IMG/VR virus record: IMGVR_UViG_3300025652_000046
Strand: one strand, 5' to 3'
DNA from: an uncultured virus (IMG/VR IMGVR_UViG_3300025652_000046)
Taxonomy: Duplodnaviria > Heunggongvirae > Uroviricota > Caudoviricetes
Length of the DNA stretch: 20,000 nucleotides
Part shown: in pieces, positions 16,094 to 20,000 of the stretch
Layout of the letters: every line of letters begins with the position of its first letter
Numbering within the stretch: the stretch's first letter is position 1
Position numbers and translations under genes: made by a program
The notes under the pieces: model-generated
Databases searched by the model: none
The model's input: the letters and a program-made list of their open reading frames with translations, nothing else
What the model was told of the DNA's origin: nothing

Positions 16094-16349
16094 GGTGTAA
16101 CCTCGTTAGCATTGCTTTATTACGGGTGTGGAAGCTACTGCTCCTTTTTCCGGTTTTTATTAGTATAAGACAATACTCATGTAACAAGTCAAAATAGGGC
16201 ATTAAGTGATTCTTTACATAATGAGAATTTACATATCGTCCACCGCAGATAAAGTTTTCAGCAGCTATCTTTACTTCTTCCGTGTGCACAGTAGTATAAA
16301 TACCTTTGTCAGCTACCTGTAGCTTTATTCTATACATATTATCATTCAT
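16086..16349 (-). CDS. LxPY paralog family member 4 (87 aa)
   Basis: YRIKLQV...VHTEEVKI...YVKNHLMPYFDLLHEY. Confidence 0.85.
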   Translation of the reverse strand: MNDNMYRIKLQVADKGIYTTVHTEEVKIAAENFICGGRYVNSHYVKNHLMPYFDLLHEYCLILIKTGKRSSSFHTRNKAMLTRLHHE

Positions 16350-16626
16350 TATAATTCCTATATAATATTGTTTGTCTCTTGTGCCTGTGGTAGAGAGGGC
16401 ATGACCCCTCCCGTACTACTATACAGATAAACGCATATTCGTGTAACATATCGAAGTAGGGGGCCAAGTGATGCTTTGCGTAGTGACCCTTGACCCAGCT
16501 GTTCCCACTGGTAGCGCGTACAAAGTGTCTATCAGCTATTTCTACTTCCTCAGTGTGTAGAGTATCGTATTCAGCCTTATCTATGTTATATACCTGTAGC
16601 ATTACTTTATATCTTTTACTATTCAC
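16342..16626 (-). CDS. LxPY paralog family member 3 (94 aa)
   Basis: YKVMLQV...LHTEEVEI...YAKHHLAPYFDMLHEY. Confidence 0.85.
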   Translation of the reverse strand: MNSKRYKVMLQVYNIDKAEYDTLHTEEVEIADRHFVRATSGNSWVKGHYAKHHLAPYFDMLHEYAFICIVVREGSCPLYHRHKRQTILYRNYNE

Positions 16627-16897
16627 GGTAAGTCCTCTCTAATAGTGTTTGTCTCTTGTGCCTGTGGTAAAGAGGATACCACCCACCCTGTACTTCTACA
16701 CAGATAAAATCATATTCGTGTAACATATCGAAGTAAGGGACCAGGTAGTTCTTTGCGTAGTAGCCTTTAACCAGGTTGTTCCCGCTACTATTGTGTATAA
16801 AGTATTTATCCTCTACGTCTAACTCTTCAGTGTGTAGAGTATTGTATTCAGCCTTCTCTATGTTGTATACCTGTAGCTTTACTTTATATTTCATCAA
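16619..16897 (-). CDS. LxPY paralog family member 2 (92 aa)
   Basis: YKVKLQV...LHTEELDV...YAKNYLVPYFDMLHEY. Confidence 0.85.
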   Translation of the reverse strand: MMKYKVKLQVYNIEKAEYNTLHTEELDVEDKYFIHNSSGNNLVKGYYAKNYLVPYFDMLHEYDFICVEVQGGWYPLYHRHKRQTLLERTYRE

Positions 16898-17195
16898 AAT
16901 AACCTATTGGTGTTACTGGTGGGGGAAATTGTTGCGTACTACTGATTATGCTTGCTCGCATATAAGTGTAAGTAGATTGACACTTGCCGACCCTTTTTAT
17001 ATTCATATATGCATAATCGTGTAACAAATCAAAGTAAGGGATTAGGTGATCTCTTACATAAGTGGCAGCAACCCTGGCGCGCATGCCCTTGACACTAAAC
17101 ACTGCGCAATCAGGCACCTCTACTGTTTCCGTATGTTCTACTGTCCCATACGTTCCCTTCACCCCTCCGTGTAATAATACTATGTATGCCGCCAT
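16884..17195 (-). CDS. LxPY paralog family member 1 (103 aa)
   Basis: YIVLL...EHTETVEV...YVRDHLIPYFDLLHDY; AAGGAGG RBS. Confidence 0.85.
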   Translation of the reverse strand: MAAYIVLLHGGVKGTYGTVEHTETVEVPDCAVFSVKGMRARVAATYVRDHLIPYFDLLHDYAYMNIKRVGKCQSTYTYMRASIISSTQQFPPPVTPIGYFDEI

Positions 17196-17209
17196 AATCT
17201 GTGCCCTCC

Positions 17210-17329
17210 TTAGTAGCCGCCAGTTACTTCTATAGTTAAATCCAACGTATAAGCTTTAAACACTACCCCTCGTTTAACTAGCTCAAGTATCATCTCTGCC
17301 ATAGCAGCTATCGATTCACATTTAATCAT
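17210..17329 (-). CDS. small hypothetical protein (39 aa, ends in TGGY)
   Basis: Own translation MIKCESIAAMAEMILELVKRGVVFKAYTLDLTIEVTGGY; AGGAG RBS. Confidence 0.7.
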   Translation of the reverse strand: MIKCESIAAMAEMILELVKRGVVFKAYTLDLTIEVTGGY

Positions 17330-17338
17330 TATATTCTC

Positions 17339-17794
17339 CTAGAACCTTATTGTTGCACTTAACACAATAGCGTTACCATACAGTGTTACCCTTGGTTTTA
17401 TGTAAGGAGTGTCTAATTCAATACCTAACGAGAGTACTCCACATAAGGAGCCCATCGGTAGCATACACCCATCCCTATTCTCATAACCTGTTACAGCACC
17501 GACTGAAGCGATGACCTCGAAGTAATCGTACTTATAATAGTTTGATGCTGTTACCAAGTAAGACCTATCAAAGTAACTATTTTTGAATGTACTTACACCA
17601 AAACCATATTCAGCATTCCTATATTCAACACCAAATAAATTGTGTTTACTATTAAAACGTTTCCATTCCCCATCGAAATCCTCGAAGCCCTCATGGCCTA
17701 CGTGAGTCGATACTCCACCCACTACTGCTGTAAAGTAATTCTCGGCGTTAGCTGTGGTTGTCATTAGCAATAGTGCTATTAGTAAATATTTCAT
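17339..17794 (-). CDS. exported outer-membrane beta-barrel protein, PagP-like (151 aa)
   Basis: Signal peptide ending ANA, alternating beta-strands and C-terminal Phe. STH...FNSKHNLFGVEY and FKNSY resemble PagP WH...YNERPWGGGFG and FKDSW. Confidence 0.6.
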   Translation of the reverse strand: MKYLLIALLLMTTTANAENYFTAVVGGVSTHVGHEGFEDFDGEWKRFNSKHNLFGVEYRNAEYGFGVSTFKNSYFDRSYLVTASNYYKYDYFEVIASVGAVTGYENRDGCMLPMGSLCGVLSLGIELDTPYIKPRVTLYGNAIVLSATIRF

Positions 17795-18927
17795 TATGTT
17801 AATTCTCCTATTAAAACAATTTTAAATAAGTTACAAGCCCAGCCCAAAGGCTTATTGAGGTTACATATATTAGTTCCTGAATAATACAACTCTGGAATAA
17901 CACCATTGTTACTCCCAGCGATAGTTTTCATTTTGTTGAGATAGTGTTTTGGAGGCTGCATACCACATGCTGCATACGCAAGGATCAATGTTGGAAAGCC
18001 TAAGGTCCACTCCGCTTCATTACCATTAAGCTTACCCTCCGCCTGTGCATTAAATAGACCTCTATATGTGTAAAGAGTAACCCTCGAATTGATGTTGTAG
18101 TACTCATCATTCTCATATCTAATAACACCATTCTCTCTTACAAGCTTACTCTCGATGTTCTTTATTATTGCATTACCCTGTGTTCTTGACATTACCCTAC
18201 GAGGAACACCAAACCACACACCGTGGAGTTGAGCTAGATCTGCATTACGATGTTCTGTTTCGTTAGTACCGAACTCCCTTATAACCGTAATCGACTTATT
18301 TACTGCATGGTTAATCTGGGATGCTAACTCTGGATAATGCTTCTCGATGTCTACTAAACCAGATGCTGCACAGGCTATAGAAGATTGACGGATCTCATGG
18401 TTCTCTTCCCATGCACCACAATCACTTGTTTCCCAGAACCTTTGTGCTATTAGCGCTTCTACAAACAAGCCTACTATATGCCTATACTTATCGTTACCAA
18501 GTAATACGTCTGCTTCTTTTGATATAGCGATTAAGGCCATACCCCAAGCATCAAACTGTCTGTGGCCCCATTCCCTTTCACACTCATCGTTACCACTAAC
18601 TCCCCACCTGATATGGAACTCTTCGGCCTCATCAGGCATCTCAATTAGATAACTAAATTTACCATACTTCTTTTCACACAATACTAAGTAGTCTAAGAAT
18701 GTTTCCCAAGACTCTAGATACTGGTCTTTTTCAATATCTAATGTTTGCATATACAAATCGCGCAACCATACACACTCTACATAGTGTTCACCAGCCGATG
18801 CTGAGTATAAACCATTAGTACAACGTAGCGAGTTAGATGCATCTTGTATTTCTTTAACAGTATTATAAGACATGTTGTTCTCCATTGGCCATTGCATTTG
18901 TATCTCTTGAGCGATTTTAGTAGTCAT
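17794..18927 (-). CDS. glycoside hydrolase family 15-like (alpha/alpha)6 protein (377 aa)
   Basis: WLRD, QFD, DCGAWEE, GVIRYEND.YY, EAEW, IPELY and PLGW motifs in GH15 order. Confidence 0.8.
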   Translation of the reverse strand: MTTKIAQEIQMQWPMENNMSYNTVKEIQDASNSLRCTNGLYSASAGEHYVECVWLRDLYMQTLDIEKDQYLESWETFLDYLVLCEKKYGKFSYLIEMPDEAEEFHIRWGVSGNDECEREWGHRQFDAWGMALIAISKEADVLLGNDKYRHIVGLFVEALIAQRFWETSDCGAWEENHEIRQSSIACAASGLVDIEKHYPELASQINHAVNKSITVIREFGTNETEHRNADLAQLHGVWFGVPRRVMSRTQGNAIIKNIESKLVRENGVIRYENDEYYNINSRVTLYTYRGLFNAQAEGKLNGNEAEWTLGFPTLILAYAACGMQPPKHYLNKMKTIAGSNNGVIPELYYSGTNICNLNKPLGWACNLFKIVLIGELT

Positions 18928-18945
18928 AATATTCCCTTTGCTAAT

Positions 18946-19011
18946 TTAGTTAACTGCGCACCACATTAAACCGTATGCGATTAGAAGACCTATTAAAATG
19001 TAGATTCCCAT
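18946..19011 (-). CDS. tiny hydrophobic peptide (21 aa)
   Basis: Own translation MGIYILIGLLIAYGLMWCAVN; TAATG overlap with the upstream stop. Confidence 0.45.
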   Translation of the reverse strand: MGIYILIGLLIAYGLMWCAVN

Positions 19012-19205
19012 TATGAGGCCCTTTTATTTGCGAATTCTTGGCGTAGTTGTTCACGCAGTTTTACTAGTGGCGCTATCTCACTTTTATAGTGTGCATTATG
19101 TACATGGTCTGGTACAGGTTGGTCTGAATTCCATACGTTTAAGTCGTGTATCCAATCTGTTAGTTGGATTCCATTAAGTGTCTCCCAATTAGTTGGTTTA
19201 ATCAT
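19011..19205 (-). CDS. hypothetical protein (64 aa, MIKPTNW...)
   Basis: Track ORF 19011..19226; GGAG-supported ATG at 19205. Confidence 0.7.
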   Translation of the reverse strand: MIKPTNWETLNGIQLTDWIHDLNVWNSDQPVPDHVHNAHYKSEIAPLVKLREQLRQEFANKRAS

Positions 19206-19353
19206 GAAACCACTCCAACTGATCATTCACGAAGTGCTCAAGGCTGCTAATGTAACTAGCTTGTTTTTCAAGCTCCCTTTCTAGATTGTCTAGCCTTTCA
19301 CTAAAACTTTTTTCAATTGTTTGTTCTTCATCTTTAGTAGTCATATATTTCAT
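19198..19353 (-). CDS. small coiled-coil protein (51 aa)
   Basis: Own translation MKYMTTKDEEQTIEKSFSERLDNLERELEKQASYISSLEHFVNDQLEWFHD. Confidence 0.65.
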   Translation of the reverse strand: MKYMTTKDEEQTIEKSFSERLDNLERELEKQASYISSLEHFVNDQLEWFHD

Positions 19354-19356
19354 ATA

Positions 19357-19527
19357 TTATAATCCTAGGTAACGGTTATGGTTAGACTTAGCAACTATTT
19401 CGTTAGAAACATCCAAGTCCAAGGCCCACCAATAAAAGGTGGTTTCTCTTTTTAGTTTAAGGAAATTCACTAGCCTTATATCCAAGCGGTATAAGAACCA
19501 AGCCACTTTCTGTTTAAGGACGTTCAA
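19357..19527 (-). CDS. hypothetical protein (56 aa, TTG start)
   Basis: Own translation MNVLKQKVAWFLYRLDIRLVNFLKLKRETTFYWWALDLDV...; AGGAG RBS; start overlaps the upstream TGA. Confidence 0.55.
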   Translation of the reverse strand: MNVLKQKVAWFLYRLDIRLVNFLKLKRETTFYWWALDLDVSNEIVAKSNHNRYLGL

Positions 19528-19679
19528 CCTTCTCTCTCCTTTTTTGGTTTACAAGTATTACAAAAACGTATTGTAGAATTGGTTTTTAAATAGGTTTTTA
19601 AATCTACCTTGTGTTCAATTATGTAGCTGCATTTATCACAAATAATCCCGATGTGTCCTGTAGGTGTTTTAGCAATCAT
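19524..19679 (-). CDS. small CxxC...CxxC zinc-finger protein (51 aa)
   Basis: Own translation MIAKTPTGHIGIICDKCSY...FCNTCKPKKEREG; AGGA RBS. Confidence 0.7.
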   Translation of the reverse strand: MIAKTPTGHIGIICDKCSYIIEHKVDLKTYLKTNSTIRFCNTCKPKKEREG

Positions 19680-19689
19680 ATCCTATCTC

Positions 19690-19866
19690 CTAGCCTAATT
19701 TCCCGGTCCAACCTGAACCTTTTAAAGTAATGCCGGATGGTTTAATAACCTTTCTCAAGGTTTCTTTCTCACATTCCGGACATTCCACCAATTTATCATC
19801 TGTCATCTTCTGTCTGATATCAAACTCATGCCCGCACTCTTTACATCTATACGAATACGTTGGCAT
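19690..19866 (-). CDS. FmdB-family zinc-ribbon protein (58 aa)
   Basis: Own translation MPTYSYRCKECGHEFDIRQKMTDDKLVECPECEKETLRKVIKPSGITLKGSGWTGKLG matches the MP.Y.Y.C..CG..F...CP.C...KGSGW pattern. Confidence 0.85.
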   Translation of the reverse strand: MPTYSYRCKECGHEFDIRQKMTDDKLVECPECEKETLRKVIKPSGITLKGSGWTGKLG

Positions 19867-20000
19867 TACTTCCCTACTTCAGCTACTACTCAACTGTTGA
19901 TGTTACATTCCATTGGCCTAAACACTTTTGGTTTATAAAGTCTCTAGCTAGTAATTCAGTATCAAATAATTTATTTAGCATTACTATACCTTGCCAGTTT

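Noticed and set aside
13767..16735. Both recent duplicate pairs show a 277-bp offset
   Set aside because: Other array spacings differ and the first pair contains indels, so this is probably coincidence of similar gene sizes.
16342..16897. Near-duplicate pair as template/variable repeats of a diversity-generating retroelement
   Set aside because: Both copies are full ORFs in a larger family and no reverse transcriptase is in the window; simple duplication explains it. Adenine-specificity was not formally counted.
3433..17024. All remaining plus-strand ORFs in the track (e.g. 5623, 5816, 6176, 6962, 8204, 10238, 10555, 12673, 14976, 16776)
   Set aside because: They lie antisense to well-supported minus-strand genes and have no recognisable motifs.
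19886..19981. 31-codon ORF MLNKLFDTELLARDF...
   Set aside because: Short, at the window edge, with no recognisable motif or clear RBS.

Overview
A 20-kb segment of a tailed dsDNA phage genome (AT-rich, probably a Gram-negative host) with essentially all genes on the minus strand. In transcription order (right to left): (1) an accessory region (~12.4-20 kb) of small genes, including a GH15-like hydrolase, a PagP-like outer-membrane beta-barrel and an array of ten divergent paralogous 74-103 aa genes sharing an invariant Y-x4-L-x-P-Y motif; (2) a long hairpin and a ~1.4-kb non-coding region of short tandem and inverted repeats, part of which has a degenerate inverted copy at ~9.46-9.67 kb, bracketing two Zn-ribbon/HNH-like genes; (3) holin, PhoH, sulfotransferase, terminase large subunit, free-standing HNH endonuclease, portal and small membrane proteins; (4) a MuF/SPP1-gp7 head protein of at least 868 aa with a ~600-aa extension that runs off the left edge and is absent from the ORF track. 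The main candidates for something new are the ten-member paralog array, the extended MuF protein (possibly an RNA polymerase fusion) with a recurring GTGCCC[T/G]CT motif, and the repeat region. All family calls come from motif recognition by eye; no searches were run.
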